A stretch of 64,000 nucleotides of DNA from Bdellovibrionales bacterium. GTDB taxonomy: Bacteria; Bdellovibrionota; Bdellovibrionia; Bdellovibrionales; JAGQZY01. A model generated the notes under the pieces. It was not told the DNA's origin. It saw nothing but the letters and a program-made list of their open reading frames with translations, and did no database searches. Made by a program: the position numbers and the translations under genes. Each line of letters begins with the position of its first letter. The stretch's first letter is position 1. This document shows positions 19,370 through 31,302 of this stretch, piece after piece. Location of the stretch: the NCBI GenBank assembly GCA_031426555.1, contig JANPLN010000030.1:32001-96000 (forward strand), read 5' to 3'.

Positions 19370-19429
19370 GTCCTACAACACAGTGCGAATGCTGATGCTT
19401 TTTGTGACATTTGGCATTAGATTTTAAAC

Positions 19430-20800
19430 ATGACGTTTCGTAAAATTGTTCGCACCCTTGCGTCGCTGAAGTTCGCCGTGGCTGTCATTTTAGCAATCGC
19501 AACGTTGGTTGCCTGGGGAACCATCGTTGAAGCCCAGTACATGGATGCCAAAATGGCTCAAGAGACCGTTTACCATGGATTGCTGTCTTATCTTATATTT
19601 GGATTATTTGCCGTCAATCTGACCTCTGTGATCATCGATCGCTATCCTTGGAAGCAACATCACATCGGTTTTATCTCGGCCCACATAGGAATTTTAATTC
19701 TTTTAGCCGGTTCGTTGGTGACGCGCTATTTGGGCATCGACGGAAGCATGACCATTGATCTCGGTGGAAAAAGTAAAATGATCACGGTTCCAGAAACCGA
19801 CCTTGTGCTTTACACGTCTTTTGGAATGGACAGTTTTCAAAAGTTTCACGAGCAAAAAGTTAATTTTTTTTCCACTCCACCAACGGCCAAGAAGCCACTT
19901 AAAATTCCCTTGGCTTCGGGAGACGTGATTTTTGACGATTTCTATCACTATGCGCTGGTGGACAGCAAAATCGTCCCCTCCGAGGAAAAAACCGACCCAG
20001 CGGGTGTGCGTTTGCAAATTAGCAACGACCGCGTGAATCAAACTCAGTGGTTGTTGGGGAAAAAAAATCAGCCCAGCATACTGGCCTTGGGGCCGGCGAC
20101 GATTGTTTTAACAACTCAACCGTATGTCTATCTCGGCGGCAACGTCTTGGTGTTAATGCCGGTGGATGACGATCGAATCAGGTACCAAGTTTACAGCGAT
20201 CGCTTACAAAAAAAAATAAACGAGGGCGAAGTCAAAGCGGGTAGCCAATTTGATCTGGGCTGGATGAATCTGCAGTTTCGCTTGTTAAAGTACATTCCAC
20301 GGGCAAGGCAAGACATCACTTACATGAAGCGAGAGCAAGCCTCCCCCGAAGCTGTGTCGGCCGTGCGTTTTACCTACAATGGCAAAACACAGTGGCTGGG
20401 TCTCAATTCGATGGTTCGCCTCTTTGGAGCTTCGGAAATGTACGTGCTCACTTACGGCAATCGCCAGCTTCCGTTGTCTTTTGAAATGGAATTGAAAAAC
20501 TTTGATGTGGGTCGGTACCAGGGAACCATGCGCGCGGCGAGCTATCAGAGCCTTGTTTACCTTTCTGATGAAGACCGCGAGGTTGTGATTTCGATGAACG
20601 AACCTCTTCAGCACAAGGGTTTTACGTTTTATCAGGCGAGCTTTCAAGAAGACGCCATGGGAAAACCCACTGCCACCGTTTTGTCGGTGAACTATGATCC
20701 CGGTCGGTGGATTAAATACTTAGGTTCTTTACTTATTGTTTTTGGTGCAGTCCATTTATTTTATCGTCGCTGGAAAAAAGCGAGAGGTGCCTATGCGTAG
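19430..20800 (+). CDS. Cytochrome c biogenesis protein ResB/CcsB-like (system II)
   Basis: LASLKFAV, AHIGILILL.G, ISMNEPL..KGFTFYQAS, DPGRWIKYLG. Confidence 0.88.
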   Translation: MTFRKIVRTLASLKFAVAVILAIATLVAWGTIVEAQYMDAKMAQETVYHGLLSYLIFGLFAVNLTSVIIDRYPWKQHHIGFISAHIGILILLAGSLVTRYLGIDGSMTIDLGGKSKMITVPETDLVLYTSFGMDSFQKFHEQKVNFFSTPPTAKKPLKIPLASGDVIFDDFYHYALVDSKIVPSEEKTDPAGVRLQISNDRVNQTQWLLGKKNQPSILALGPATIVLTTQPYVYLGGNVLVLMPVDDDRIRYQVYSDRLQKKINEGEVKAGSQFDLGWMNLQFRLLKYIPRARQDITYMKREQASPEAVSAVRFTYNGKTQWLGLNSMVRLFGASEMYVLTYGNRQLPLSFEMELKNFDVGRYQGTMRAASYQSLVYLSDEDREVVISMNEPLQHKGFTFYQASFQEDAMGKPTATVLSVNYDPGRWIKYLGSLLIVFGAVHLFYRRWKKARGAYA

Positions 20801-22427
20801 TCGCAATTTATTGCTGGCTCTGTTCTTTTGTGTTTTTGCGTCGACCGCAGTACAAGCCGAAGAGTTTTCTATGGAAACCCTGCCAGTACAAAACGGGGGG
20901 CGCTTAAAACCTTTTGATACCTACGCTCGCGAAACTCTCACTTTGATGTACGGTCGAAGTACGTATCGCCCCGCCGAGGACAAACCGGCCCATGATGCGA
21001 GCAAAATTGTATCAACCTGGATGATGGTCCCTGAGGCGTGGGTGGCAAAGCCGTTTGTGCGTGTCGATCATTTTGGACTTAAAAAAGCTTTGGGCTTTCA
21101 AGAAGAGCAAAAATTTTTTAGCCCGGAGGAGATTTTAAAAAGTACGCGCTTCGGGGTGATTTTGAGTGAGCTCAATTCAAAACGACAACTCAAAGAAAAA
21201 CTAAACCCCTTTGATCAAGCCGTGCAAAAACTCGAATCGCAAATGGGATTTTTTCACGAAGTCCGCATGGGAGCGCTTCGCATAGCGCCGAGCAAAGATC
21301 CCGCAGCCACGACATGGTTGAGTGTCGCCGAGCTCGATGCGACTCAAAAAGAACTGTTTTTTAACGTTCTCAAAGACTATTCGGCCACCTTCACTTTAGA
21401 GAGTGTTCCGCCCGAAGTTGTGCAAAAATCCAACGCGTCTGTGGCAGCATTTGTGGCGAGCATTCGCGCCAACAATCCAGTGCTCTATCCCGATGTTAAA
21501 AAAATGGCCACCGAGTTGCACTACAATCAGTTTGCGCCATTTTTAAAAGCGGCCATGCTCTATGGAGTTGCCGTGCTACTTATGTTCTTTGGTCTTCTTT
21601 TTAATCGGCAATATTTTGCCACCGCAGCATGGGTATCCACTGGTTTGGCGTTTGTTCTTCACACCTATGGTTTTGCCCTTCGAGTGTATCTCACGGAACG
21701 GCCGCCGGTTTCGAATATGTTTGAAACCGTGATCTGGGTGGCGTGGGGCACGATCGTGTTCACCGCGTGGTTGAGCTTCGTTAAAAAGAAAAAATATATT
21801 TTATTATCTGGAACCCTCGTTGCCACCTTAGCGATGATCGTGGCTAACAGCGCCCCTGCGATTTTGGATTCTACTCTGCAACCGCTCGAACCTGTTTTGC
21901 GCAGCAATCTGTGGCTCATCATCCATGTGATGACGATCACGCTGAGCTACGCGGCTTTCTTTTTAGCTCTTGGAATTGGCAACGTGGCGCTGTTTCATGT
22001 AATCCGTGGAGCAAAAGTGCAATCCCAGGAAATCAACGACTACGTAGATACATGTTACAAAAGTTTACAAGTGGGTGTTGTGCTGCTGGCGGCAGGAACC
22101 ATCCTCGGTGGCGTTTGGGCTGACTATTCTTGGGGACGTTTTTGGGGCTGGGATCCTAAGGAAACGTGGGCGCTGATCGCGCTTCTCGGTTACCTGGCGC
22201 TGCTGCATGCGCGTCTTGGCGGGCTGATTAAAAATTTTGGAATGCTTGCGGGTGCCATTATCGCCTTCAACCTTGTTGTGATGGCTTGGTACGGTGTGAA
22301 CTTTGTTCTCGGCGCGGGTCTGCATACATATGGTTTTGGCGCCGGCGGGATTGAATATGTTGCAGCCTTTGTCGGCTTGCAATTGTTGTATGTAGTTTAC
22401 GCCGGGTTGATGGTCAGACGATCTTAG
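20793..22427 (+). CDS. ccsA: Cytochrome c biogenesis protein CcsA/ResC (system II)
   Basis: GRLKPFDT, PVLRSN.WL.IHV, WADYSWGRFWGWDPKETW (WWD motif), GLHTYG. Confidence 0.95.
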   Translation: MRSRNLLLALFFCVFASTAVQAEEFSMETLPVQNGGRLKPFDTYARETLTLMYGRSTYRPAEDKPAHDASKIVSTWMMVPEAWVAKPFVRVDHFGLKKALGFQEEQKFFSPEEILKSTRFGVILSELNSKRQLKEKLNPFDQAVQKLESQMGFFHEVRMGALRIAPSKDPAATTWLSVAELDATQKELFFNVLKDYSATFTLESVPPEVVQKSNASVAAFVASIRANNPVLYPDVKKMATELHYNQFAPFLKAAMLYGVAVLLMFFGLLFNRQYFATAAWVSTGLAFVLHTYGFALRVYLTERPPVSNMFETVIWVAWGTIVFTAWLSFVKKKKYILLSGTLVATLAMIVANSAPAILDSTLQPLEPVLRSNLWLIIHVMTITLSYAAFFLALGIGNVALFHVIRGAKVQSQEINDYVDTCYKSLQVGVVLLAAGTILGGVWADYSWGRFWGWDPKETWALIALLGYLALLHARLGGLIKNFGMLAGAIIAFNLVVMAWYGVNFVLGAGLHTYGFGAGGIEYVAAFVGLQLLYVVYAGLMVRRS

Positions 22428-22533
22428 GGCGTGCGAAGAGGCAGCGCCCGACGTTCTGAAAGTTTTTCTTTTCGAAAATATTCTGCATCTCAATCGCGCG
22501 TGCGGAAGATAGGGATGCTGAACATTTATGAGC

Positions 22534-23382
22534 TTAGCGAACTTCGCAGATACGAACCTGACAGCGACCCAAGTTATTGCGCTTTTTAAGCTGATTTGTT
22601 TCGCTTTCGCTTAAACCTTCTCCAAGGACGTAACCGCTGCTATCAATAAGAATACGCGAGTACTGAGCACTTTTCTGCCAACCGACAATACACTGGTTGT
22701 TTTTTACGGATTCGTCCGCAAGGTACCCATAGAAGTTGCTGGCGTCGATGGTGCCAAGAACTCTTCCTGTCGAATTTGTGACTTCACAGGTATCACGCAC
22801 AGGAACGGGGATAGAAGCGATTGGCGGAAGTGGCCTGATAACAATTTGACCCTGGCCTGTAGATCTACCGAAATCAGTCAAACACTGTAACTTCTGACTT
22901 TCAGAATACAGTTGAGTACAGGCGCTGGTTTCAGCGGTGACATACTCTTTATTCGTAACAACCTTTAAACACTCTAATTTTTTAGATTCAGAATAAAAAG
23001 AAGTACAGACATTTAAGGCATTGGTGTCATAATATTTTTCAAGAACATTTGAAATACAGTCTATTTTTTTTCTTTCAGAGTAGAAACTTGAACACACAGC
23101 CATAGCCTCATTAGAAACGTACTGTGTGTTTGTGGCCAGCTTATGGCAGGCTTGAATATTGCTACTTGAGTAGAGCGACGAGCAAACTTGCATAACAGCA
23201 GTATTCGGTCCTGTGTGAGCAGAGAACTCATTCATGCAGGCTCTCTGGTCGTTGGGTGACAGCAGTCCACACACGAGTTGCATGACAATGTCGATGTCTG
23301 ATTGGGCCTTAGCTGGTTGCGCGATGGTCGCCATGGTTGAAAAGATCAGCCCGGCAATAGTGAGCTGTAAAAGACGCTTCAT
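22534..23382 (-). CDS. Secreted cysteine-repeat protein
   Basis: Signal peptide (MKRLLQL...AKA) and five ~29-aa repeats each with a Cys pair. Confidence 0.75.
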   Translation of the reverse strand: MKRLLQLTIAGLIFSTMATIAQPAKAQSDIDIVMQLVCGLLSPNDQRACMNEFSAHTGPNTAVMQVCSSLYSSSNIQACHKLATNTQYVSNEAMAVCSSFYSERKKIDCISNVLEKYYDTNALNVCTSFYSESKKLECLKVVTNKEYVTAETSACTQLYSESQKLQCLTDFGRSTGQGQIVIRPLPPIASIPVPVRDTCEVTNSTGRVLGTIDASNFYGYLADESVKNNQCIVGWQKSAQYSRILIDSSGYVLGEGLSESETNQLKKRNNLGRCQVRICEVR

Positions 23383-23745
23383 AAAAACTCCTCTGGTTAA
23401 TTGGTTCAAGGGCCTTTGAGCAAAAGTAGTACCAAAAGGAAACCAGCATATTGGATCTGATGAGTCGGAGGGCGCAAATCTGGGCAATAATGAGAGGAGT
23501 GTACTTATTTGTGTCACCGGTCAGTTGTTGGGTGGTGGTCAATAAGCTGTCGGTCGAAAGCCTATTTTTTAAGCGCAAGAGATGATTTCGCAGTGTGGCT
23601 TTGGTCGGCAAATTTCAATTCGTTTTCAAAAAAATATTTCCATTTTTCAGATATTTAGATAAGAATGCTTCACATATAAGTTAAAAAAATTTCGACTCGA
23701 TGACTGAGAGCGTTCTGAATGCTTCAGCACGAGAGAGGAGAGCGA

Positions 23746-24312
23746 ATGTCGTTTCGACACCAAGCGAGGCTGGGGCAACTTCTAGCGGTCACTGTGGCAC
23801 TGATTGTTGGGCTGACAAGTTGTAACTGGAAACAATTCACGTGGGGACATATCGGCTACAATACGGGCTATGCTCCCAAGCAACCCATTCCATTTTCGCA
23901 CAAGCTGCATGCGGGCGATAACAAGATTCAATGTTTGTACTGTCACACTAACGTTGAGTACGCAAAACATTCTGCCATACCAAGCTTAAACATCTGCATG
24001 AATTGTCACTTGCTTGTGGCCACCGACAAACCGGCGATTCAAGAGCTACAAAAAAAATATTTCGCCGGTGAATCTATTAACTGGGTGAAAGTACACATGC
24101 TGCCAGATCATGTAAAATTTAATCATAAAAGACACGTGCATCGTTTTAGTCAGCCCGAAGATCGCTACGTGGCTTGCCAAAAGTGTCACGGCGAAGTTGC
24201 AAAAATGGATGTGATCGAGCAGATCTCTAGCCTTTCAATGGGTTGGTGTATCGACTGCCATCGCAGCTCTGAGCCTAAAGGTCCTTTAAACTGTTCGACG
24301 TGCCACCACTAA
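23746..24312 (+). CDS. actA: Alternative complex III pentaheme cytochrome c subunit
   Basis: QPIPFSHKLHAG and five CxxCH motifs (CLYCH, CMNCH, CQKCH, CIDCH, CSTCH); SD GAGAGGAG. Confidence 0.92.
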   Translation: MSFRHQARLGQLLAVTVALIVGLTSCNWKQFTWGHIGYNTGYAPKQPIPFSHKLHAGDNKIQCLYCHTNVEYAKHSAIPSLNICMNCHLLVATDKPAIQELQKKYFAGESINWVKVHMLPDHVKFNHKRHVHRFSQPEDRYVACQKCHGEVAKMDVIEQISSLSMGWCIDCHRSSEPKGPLNCSTCHH

Positions 24313-24319
24313 GGAGCGG

Positions 24320-27300
24320 ATGATGGAAAATACACCTGTTGATACCCCAAATCAGTATTGGAAAAGTCTCGACGAAAAATATCAGACACCCGAGTTTTTA
24401 AAAACTCTGGAAAATGAGTTTGCGTCTTCACCACTAAAATCAGAAGACGGCCAAGACGGACTCGCCCGGCGCCAATTTATGAAACTGATGGGAGCCAGCG
24501 TGGCCCTTTCGGCTGCCGCCTGTGTTCGCCGACCCGTACAAAAAATCATTCCCTATAACAAGCGCCCCGCGGAGATCATTCCCGATCTTCCAAACTACTA
24601 TGCATCGTCGTGGTTTGATGGAACACAGGGTTTAGGCCTGGTGGTCAAAACCCGCGAAGGTCGTCCGTTGTTTGTTTCGGGAAATGCAGAGCATCCATTA
24701 AATGGCCGTGGTCTCAGCGCCCGCGCCAGTGCGCATATATTAAGTCTTTACGATCCAGATCGTCTGAAGGGCCCCATCTTTAACTCAGTAAATCCCAAAA
24801 AGCGTCGCAACTCTTTGCGGGCCGATGCAAAGTGGGAGCAGATCGATGCCAAAGTGGCAGCTCAGTTAAAAAAAGGCGACGTGGCTTTGCTGACTGCAAG
24901 TTACCCTTCTGAGCACACACAGAATTTAATTTCTTCGTTCCTGGGAAAATTTTCCGGCAAAAAATATGTGTGGGACACAATGACCACGGAGAGTTTGCGT
25001 GAGGCGCAAAAGATTTCTTACGGTTCAGCCGTGGTTCCAAGCTATCATTTTGATAAATCACTTTTGACAGTGTCGTTAGATGCGGACTTTTTGGGAACTT
25101 ATCTATCGCCTGTCCATTTTACACGAAACTTTAATCTATCGCGAAACCCCGAAGGTAAAAAGATGGCAAAGCTCATCTCTTTCCATTCGGTGCCGTCGCT
25201 TACAGCTCTGAATGCCGATGATGGTTATCAAGTGGCCGCAAGCCAACAATTGGGCTTGGCCTTAGGACTTCTACAGCGCGTTCTCGCAGGCAAAGGCAGT
25301 GGGTTGACCGCCGAACTTAAAAAGTTTGCCCTCACCGACGAACAGCTCGGCTTCGAAAACGGAACATTGACCACGGTTGCAAAACAACTCCTCGAAAATT
25401 CGGGGGAGAGTTTAGTGATGGCCGGCGGAATCCAGTGCGAAACTGCCAACGCTATCAATCTTCAGTTGGTCGTGAACTGGCTCAACTCGGCTCTCGGCAA
25501 CGAAGGCAAAACCATCACCGCGCAAAGTTCCTATCAAAGCCTCGAAGGTAAAACTGCGGACATCTTTGAGCTCATGAAGCAGATTGACGATGGAAAAGTA
25601 AAAACGTTGATCATTCACGATCTCAATCCCGTCTACAGTTTGCCAACCTCTTTAGGTTTTGAAAAGCGCCTCGACAAAGTGGAAATGGTTATTACGACTA
25701 GCAACTGGATGGACGAAACGTCTTATTTAGCCAATGTTGTGGCGCCCGCCGGGCACCCCATGGAAAACTGGAACGAGTTTGAATTTGCAAAGGGCGTGCA
25801 CACCATTCAGCAGCCAACAGTTCGTCCTCTAGGTGACACGCGAAGTTTTGAGGACAGCCTCCTCATGTGGGCGCAAGCCGCAGGTTCTGAAATCACTCCA
25901 GAAAAAACATTTTTCGAACTGCTCAAGAAAAAAGTTTCGGGCACCGTTGGCTCCGAAGCCGAATGGTTTGAGTATTTGCAAAAAGGTTTTCGCGGTCAGG
26001 TGGCTGAGGGTGGATCTGCCCGAGGCTTAAGCTCGGCAGCGGCCAGTCAAATTCAGCCGGTGGAATCTAAGGTCGAAGGTCTCGAACTCGTGATCTTTCC
26101 AACGGTGCACATGACCGATGGTTCATTGGCCAACGTGTCATGGTTGCAGGAGCTTCCAGATCCCGTGAGCAAGATTGTTTGGGATAACGTATTAACCTTG
26201 TCGCCAAAAACTGCCAAAGACATGGGCATCAAAGATGGCACCGTTGTCACCGTCGAAGTGAATGGCGCCAGCTTAAAAGTTCCCGCATATATTCAGCCAG
26301 GGCAGTCGAACAAAGTCGCCGGTATTGCCCTTGGTTATGGCCGCCAAGCGGGAATGGAGCTTGCAAAAAATGTGGGCGTGAATGCTGCGCAATTGATTCA
26401 AGCCATTGATGGAAAATTCCAGTACGCTGGCCAATCTGTAAAGGTGACAAAGACGTCTGAAAAAATCGAACTTGCGATCACGCAAGGGCACAATTCCATG
26501 GAAGGCCGTCAGATTGTCGCTGAATCCACATTCAAAGGCTACAAAGACGGCAAAACGGGAATTCATCGCCATCAAATCTTTAGTATCTGGGGCCAGCATA
26601 AGTATGATGGTCACAAATGGGGAATGTCGATTGATCTCAACACCTGCACAGGCTGCTCAGCTTGTATGGTGGCCTGTCAGTCGGAAAATAACATTCCAGT
26701 CGTTGGTAAAAAGTATGTTCTGCAAGGTCGCGAAATGCATTGGATCCGCATCGATCGTTATTACAGCGGCAGCGAGGCCTCACCCGATGCGGTATTTCAA
26801 CCGGTCTTGTGCCAACACTGCGAAAACGCTCCGTGCGAAACAGTCTGTCCAGTTTTAGCCACTGTCCATAGCGATGAAGGCCTGAACGACATGGTGTACA
26901 ACCGTTGCGTGGGAACTCGTTACTGCTCTAACAACTGTCCTTATAAAGTCCGTCGCTTTAACTGGTTTTACTACGATGGACACCACCGCAAAGAAAATCT
27001 ACATATGGCCCTCAACCCAGAAGTGACCGTGCGCACTCGTGGGGTCATGGAAAAATGTACGTTTTGCGTTCAAAGAATCAAAGACAGCAAAAACACAGCA
27101 AGGGATGAAAACCGCTCTCTGAAAGACGGCGACATCAAAACGGCCTGTGAAGAGGTTTGTCCAACAAGCGCCATCACGTTTGGTGATTTGAACGACAAAG
27201 ACAGCAAAGTGAGTCAAATGTTTGCATCGCAGAGACAGTACACGCTACTCGAAGAAGTCAACGCAGCTCCGCGAGTGCGCTACATGGCAAAAATTCGCAA

Positions 27301-27394
27301 CACGGATCGCGCCATGTCCAATGGTCACCACGGCGACGAAAAACATGCGCCTTCCCATGACGCTAAAGATTCAAATAAGGAAACACACACATGA
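24320..27394 (+). CDS. actB: Alternative complex III subunit B (molybdopterin oxidoreductase-like + Fe-S)
   Basis: YWKSL, Tat motif [49 protein letters not shown]. Confidence 0.95.
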   Translation: MMENTPVDTPNQYWKSLDEKYQTPEFLKTLENEFASSPLKSEDGQDGLARRQFMKLMGASVALSAAACVRRPVQKIIPYNKRPAEIIPDLPNYYASSWFDGTQGLGLVVKTREGRPLFVSGNAEHPLNGRGLSARASAHILSLYDPDRLKGPIFNSVNPKKRRNSLRADAKWEQIDAKVAAQLKKGDVALLTASYPSEHTQNLISSFLGKFSGKKYVWDTMTTESLREAQKISYGSAVVPSYHFDKSLLTVSLDADFLGTYLSPVHFTRNFNLSRNPEGKKMAKLISFHSVPSLTALNADDGYQVAASQQLGLALGLLQRVLAGKGSGLTAELKKFALTDEQLGFENGTLTTVAKQLLENSGESLVMAGGIQCETANAINLQLVVNWLNSALGNEGKTITAQSSYQSLEGKTADIFELMKQIDDGKVKTLIIHDLNPVYSLPTSLGFEKRLDKVEMVITTSNWMDETSYLANVVAPAGHPMENWNEFEFAKGVHTIQQPTVRPLGDTRSFEDSLLMWAQAAGSEITPEKTFFELLKKKVSGTVGSEAEWFEYLQKGFRGQVAEGGSARGLSSAAASQIQPVESKVEGLELVIFPTVHMTDGSLANVSWLQELPDPVSKIVWDNVLTLSPKTAKDMGIKDGTVVTVEVNGASLKVPAYIQPGQSNKVAGIALGYGRQAGMELAKNVGVNAAQLIQAIDGKFQYAGQSVKVTKTSEKIELAITQGHNSMEGRQIVAESTFKGYKDGKTGIHRHQIFSIWGQHKYDGHKWGMSIDLNTCTGCSACMVACQSENNIPVVGKKYVLQGREMHWIRIDRYYSGSEASPDAVFQPVLCQHCENAPCETVCPVLATVHSDEGLNDMVYNRCVGTRYCSNNCPYKVRRFNWFYYDGHHRKENLHMALNPEVTVRTRGVMEKCTFCVQRIKDSKNTARDENRSLKDGDIKTACEEVCPTSAITFGDLNDKDSKVSQMFASQRQYTLLEEVNAAPRVRYMAKIRNTDRAMSNGHHGDEKHAPSHDAKDSNKETHT

Positions 27395-28767
27395 TCGAGC
27401 GTAAACAACTCATTTTAGGGAACAAGACGTACAAGGAAATCACCGACGATATCTGTGAACCCGTCGAAAGCTCTCCGGGGCGCGGCTGGATCACACTTTT
27501 TTTCAGCGCAAAAGCGTTGTTCCTATTTTACATCGTCAGCATTGGAATCATTGTTTGCACGGGTATGGGTCTTTTGGGTGTGAACCATCCGGTGGGCTGG
27601 GGAACGATGATTGTGACCTTCGTTTTTTGGATTGGTATCGGTCACGCGGGCACGCTGATCTCTGCGGTTCTGTTTTTGTTTCGCCAAAAGTGGCGCACCT
27701 CAGTGGCGCGTTCTGCCGAAGCCATGACCGTGTTTGCGGTGATGACGGCGGGAATTTTTCCACTGATTCACACCGGTCGACCGTGGCTTGATTTTTGGCT
27801 GATTCCTTATCCCAACCAGCGCGGTCCATTGTGGGTGAATTTTCGCTCGCCGCTCTTATGGGATGTTTTTGCGGTTTCGACGTATGCGACTGTTTCCATC
27901 GTTTTTTGGTATGTGGGGCTCGTCCCAGATTTTGCGACCATTCGCGATCGGGCGAAAACCAATTTGCGCAAAAAGATTTATGGTATTTTATCCTTAGGCT
28001 GGCGCGGAACAGGCCGTAATTGGAGTCACTACGAGATGGTGTATATGCTCCTCGCGGGCCTCTCAACGCCGCTCGTCTTATCAGTGCATACCATCGTATC
28101 CTTCGACTTCGCGGTTTCCTCGCTCCCGGGTTGGCACACCACGATTTTTCCTCCGTACTTTGTTGCGGGCGCTATTTTTTCGGGTTTCGGAATGGTGGTC
28201 ACGCTTTTGACATTGGTCAGAATCGGTTTTCCAAAATTTAAAGACTACATCACCATCGATCATATGGAAGTGATGAACAAAATCATCATGGCCACCGGGA
28301 TGATGGTGGGTTACGCCTACGGATCTGAATTCTTTATTGCTTGGTACTCGGGTGTTCCCTACGAAAAGTACGCCTTCGTCAACCGCGCTGTGGGGCCGTA
28401 CTGGTGGGCTTACTGGACAATGGTGACTTGCAACGTAATTATTCCGCAGATTTTTTGGGCTAAATGGGCGCGTCGAAGCATTCCAATCATGTTTGTGGTG
28501 TCGATCTTCGTGAACATCGGAATGTGGTTTGAGCGTTTCGTAATTACAGTGACTTCGCTTCACCGCGATTATCTACCGTCCAACTGGGGAATGTACGCTT
28601 GGTCGCGCTGGGATGCTGCGATTCTGTTTGGAAGTTTTGGAATGTTCCTGACCATTTTTCTGCTCTATCTCAGATTCTTCCCAGCCATCTCGATTGCTGA
28701 AGTGAAACCTATGCTCTATGTAGGCAGAAAAACAAAAGATGCAAAGGGAGGGCACGGTGGCCACTAA
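27391..28767 (+). CDS. actC: Alternative complex III subunit C (NrfD family)
   Basis: [48 protein letters not shown]. Confidence 0.97.
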   Translation: MIERKQLILGNKTYKEITDDICEPVESSPGRGWITLFFSAKALFLFYIVSIGIIVCTGMGLLGVNHPVGWGTMIVTFVFWIGIGHAGTLISAVLFLFRQKWRTSVARSAEAMTVFAVMTAGIFPLIHTGRPWLDFWLIPYPNQRGPLWVNFRSPLLWDVFAVSTYATVSIVFWYVGLVPDFATIRDRAKTNLRKKIYGILSLGWRGTGRNWSHYEMVYMLLAGLSTPLVLSVHTIVSFDFAVSSLPGWHTTIFPPYFVAGAIFSGFGMVVTLLTLVRIGFPKFKDYITIDHMEVMNKIIMATGMMVGYAYGSEFFIAWYSGVPYEKYAFVNRAVGPYWWAYWTMVTCNVIIPQIFWAKWARRSIPIMFVVSIFVNIGMWFERFVITVTSLHRDYLPSNWGMYAWSRWDAAILFGSFGMFLTIFLLYLRFFPAISIAEVKPMLYVGRKTKDAKGGHGGH

Positions 28768-29290
28768 GAAAAAGTTTTTATCTGGCGTTGTTGGGTTTTG
28801 GAGCGATGATCACGAACTCGTCGAAGCCGCGATAAAAATGCGCGAGGCGGGTTACACGCACTTTGATTCCATCACTCCGTTTCCGGTGCACGGGATGGAA
28901 GAGGCCGTGGGCATTAAGCGCAGTTTTATTCCCTACGTCACTTTCGTTGCGGGACTCATTGGCGCAAGCTTAGGAATGCTGCTGCAATATTGGATCTCCG
29001 CAGTCGACTGGCCAATCATTGTTGGGGGTAAACCGCATTTTTCAGCTCCGGCATTTATCCCAATTACGTTTGAAATAACAATTCTTTTTGCGGCGTTGAG
29101 TTCCGTGGTGACGATGTTTGCGGTGAATCGACTTCCCAAAATCAATCCTCCCATCATCGATCCCGATCTCACATCACACAAATTTGCGCTGTGGATCCCC
29201 GAGACTGAGCCAGGATACAGCCCTGAAAAAGTAGAAGCGTTCTTGAAACAATTAGGTGCCGAAGACGTGCGCCGAGTGGCGGAGTTTTAA
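28757..29290 (+). CDS. actD: Alternative complex III subunit D (DUF3341)
   Basis: [25 protein letters not shown]. Confidence 0.93.
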   Translation: MATKKKFLSGVVGFWSDDHELVEAAIKMREAGYTHFDSITPFPVHGMEEAVGIKRSFIPYVTFVAGLIGASLGMLLQYWISAVDWPIIVGGKPHFSAPAFIPITFEITILFAALSSVVTMFAVNRLPKINPPIIDPDLTSHKFALWIPETEPGYSPEKVEAFLKQLGAEDVRRVAEF

Positions 29291-29291
29291 A

Positions 29292-29870
29292 ATGATGAGT
29301 GATCGTACATTAAGTTGGGCGTTCTTTTTATGTGTGAGCCTTTTTGCCTCTGTGTTTGTATTTGGTTTAACGGGTTGCGGACCCAGCGACGGAAAACCAA
29401 ACGTTGAGCTCATTCAAGATATGATGGTTCAACCTGCCAACAAGGCGCAGGATTTTTTAGCTTCCAATCCCGAAAAAAGCAGTCAGCTTGTTCCGCCCGA
29501 AGGGACAGCGGCCGTCAATCGTGAGGTTTACTTGTACAAGGGAAACCCAGAGGGTGCTGAAGCTAATTTGAAGATGCCCGAGGTGACTGCAGACATGGTT
29601 AAGCTTGGAGAAAAACACTTCAAGAATTACTGCTTAGTCTGCCACGGCGAAAAGGGCGCAGGCGACGGACCAGTGGCCAGCAAATTTCAAGGCGTAAAAC
29701 CACCATCGCTCCTGAGCGATAAAGTTCGTGGAATGAAAGACGGTGGGATTTATCACATCATCACTGACGGACAGGGTGTTATGGGAACGTACATTAATCA
29801 CATGCCGTGGAGCAAAGATCGTTGGGCTGTAGTGTCCTATGTTCGTAAACTGCAGAGCGACAGTAAATAG
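29292..29870 (+). CDS. actE: Alternative complex III monoheme cytochrome c lipoprotein
   Basis: Lipobox LTGC, DMMVQP, single CLVCH, IYHIIT.GQG.M. Confidence 0.9.
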   Translation: MMSDRTLSWAFFLCVSLFASVFVFGLTGCGPSDGKPNVELIQDMMVQPANKAQDFLASNPEKSSQLVPPEGTAAVNREVYLYKGNPEGAEANLKMPEVTADMVKLGEKHFKNYCLVCHGEKGAGDGPVASKFQGVKPPSLLSDKVRGMKDGGIYHIITDGQGVMGTYINHMPWSKDRWAVVSYVRKLQSDSK

Positions 29871-29907
29871 GTCCGACAAATAGGTCGACAAATAATTAGG
29901 AGAGAAC

Positions 29908-31110
29908 ATGTCAGGTTTAGATTTAGAAAATGTGAGTCCACAAAAATTTCAACTCGAGCCTAAGTTAAAAACCGCCATGGCGGCTCTCGCTTGCGGCGGT
30001 GGGGCTCTGTTGGCCTTAGGGTTTATGGTGGACCACGAGCGTGCATGGCATGCCTACTTGGTGAGTTTTTTCTACTTCACGTGTTTAGCAATGGGCGGCC
30101 TGTTTTTTACCGCCCTTCAACATATGGCAGCTGCCGGCTGGAGTGTAAACATTCGCCGTTTGGCGGAGGCTCTTACAGCTTTTATTCCCTATCTTCTTGT
30201 TCTTGGACTTCCCCTTGTGTTTTTTGCGGGGAAAGATCTTTATCTTTGGCTCGACGCCGATGTAGTTGCTGCCGATCCAATTCTGACGGGCAAAGCGGCC
30301 TACTTAAATAAAACGTTCTTTGCCATTCGTTTTGTTTTGTTCGCTGGAGCTTGGGCTTTCTTCGCTAAAAAAATCGTCGGTTTTTCACTTCAGCAAGACA
30401 ACGATGGCAAAGACGAATGGACCACGCTGGCCTTAAAGTGGTCGGTGATTTTTGTTCTCGTGTTTGCGCTGAGTTTTTCTTTCTTCAGTGTCGATTTTTT
30501 GATGAGCCTCGAGCCGCACTGGTTTAGTACTATTTTTGGTGTTTACTGCTTTGCGGGAATGTTTCAGTCCACCTTAGCGCTTCTCTGTTTGATCACAATG
30601 TATGTGATTCATAAAGGTTGGGCCCGCGGCCTTATCACCATTGAGCATGTTCATGATCTCGCTAAATACACAAAAGCGTTCACTGTTTTTTGGGCGTACA
30701 TTGCGTTTAGCCAATTTATGCTGATTTGGTACGCCAATCTTCCCGAAGAGACTATTTTTTACCTCCATCGCTCGCACGGTGGTTGGTTGTACATTTCGGT
30801 GGGTTTGATTGTGTTTCGTTTTGTGGTTCCCTTTTTGGCGCTTTTGCCTCGCTGGGCAAAGCGGACGCCGTCGCATTTAGCCGCTGTTTGCGTATTGATT
30901 TTAGTTATGCAGTATGTGGATTTGTACTGGTTAGTTTACCCCAACTACAGCAATGAGTTCGTAGCATTTTCGTGGATGGAAATCGGCGCCTTCGTTGGAT
31001 TCCTGGGCGGCTTTGGCCTCGTGGTGACGCAGTTTTTGGCGAAGTACAATTTACTTCCCATCAAAGATCCCCGCAAATCCGAGTCCACCAACCACCACGT
31101 GGTGTACTAA
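29908..31110 (+). CDS. actF: Alternative complex III subunit F
   Basis: Multi-TM; MSLEPHWFSTIFG, FSQFMLIWYANLPEE. Confidence 0.93.
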   Translation: MSGLDLENVSPQKFQLEPKLKTAMAALACGGGALLALGFMVDHERAWHAYLVSFFYFTCLAMGGLFFTALQHMAAAGWSVNIRRLAEALTAFIPYLLVLGLPLVFFAGKDLYLWLDADVVAADPILTGKAAYLNKTFFAIRFVLFAGAWAFFAKKIVGFSLQQDNDGKDEWTTLALKWSVIFVLVFALSFSFFSVDFLMSLEPHWFSTIFGVYCFAGMFQSTLALLCLITMYVIHKGWARGLITIEHVHDLAKYTKAFTVFWAYIAFSQFMLIWYANLPEETIFYLHRSHGGWLYISVGLIVFRFVVPFLALLPRWAKRTPSHLAAVCVLILVMQYVDLYWLVYPNYSNEFVAFSWMEIGAFVGFLGGFGLVVTQFLAKYNLLPIKDPRKSESTNHHVVY

Positions 31111-31133
31111 AGTACGTGGGTCCTTTTGCGACC

Positions 31134-31166
31134 AAGGGCGTCTCGATCTGACGCAGATGCCCTTTT
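31134..31166 (+). terminator. Probable intrinsic terminator of the act operon
   Basis: AAGGGCGTCT-N11-AGATGCCCTT stem running into a T-tract. Confidence 0.55.
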
Positions 31167-31302
31167 AAGTATCATCGGGGAGAATATATTTGATCTTTGG
31201 CGTCATTTTCATTAGTCTGTCGTCAGTGAAATATTGCATATCTGTTAAAATTAATTCGACGATCCATTGTCTGACAAATTCTTTGATGACCACTCTCTCA
31301 TA

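Noticed and set aside
29865..29894. Short duplication AAATAGGT(C)CGAC between actE and actF
   Set aside because: Two 12-13 bp units only; looks like neutral slippage.
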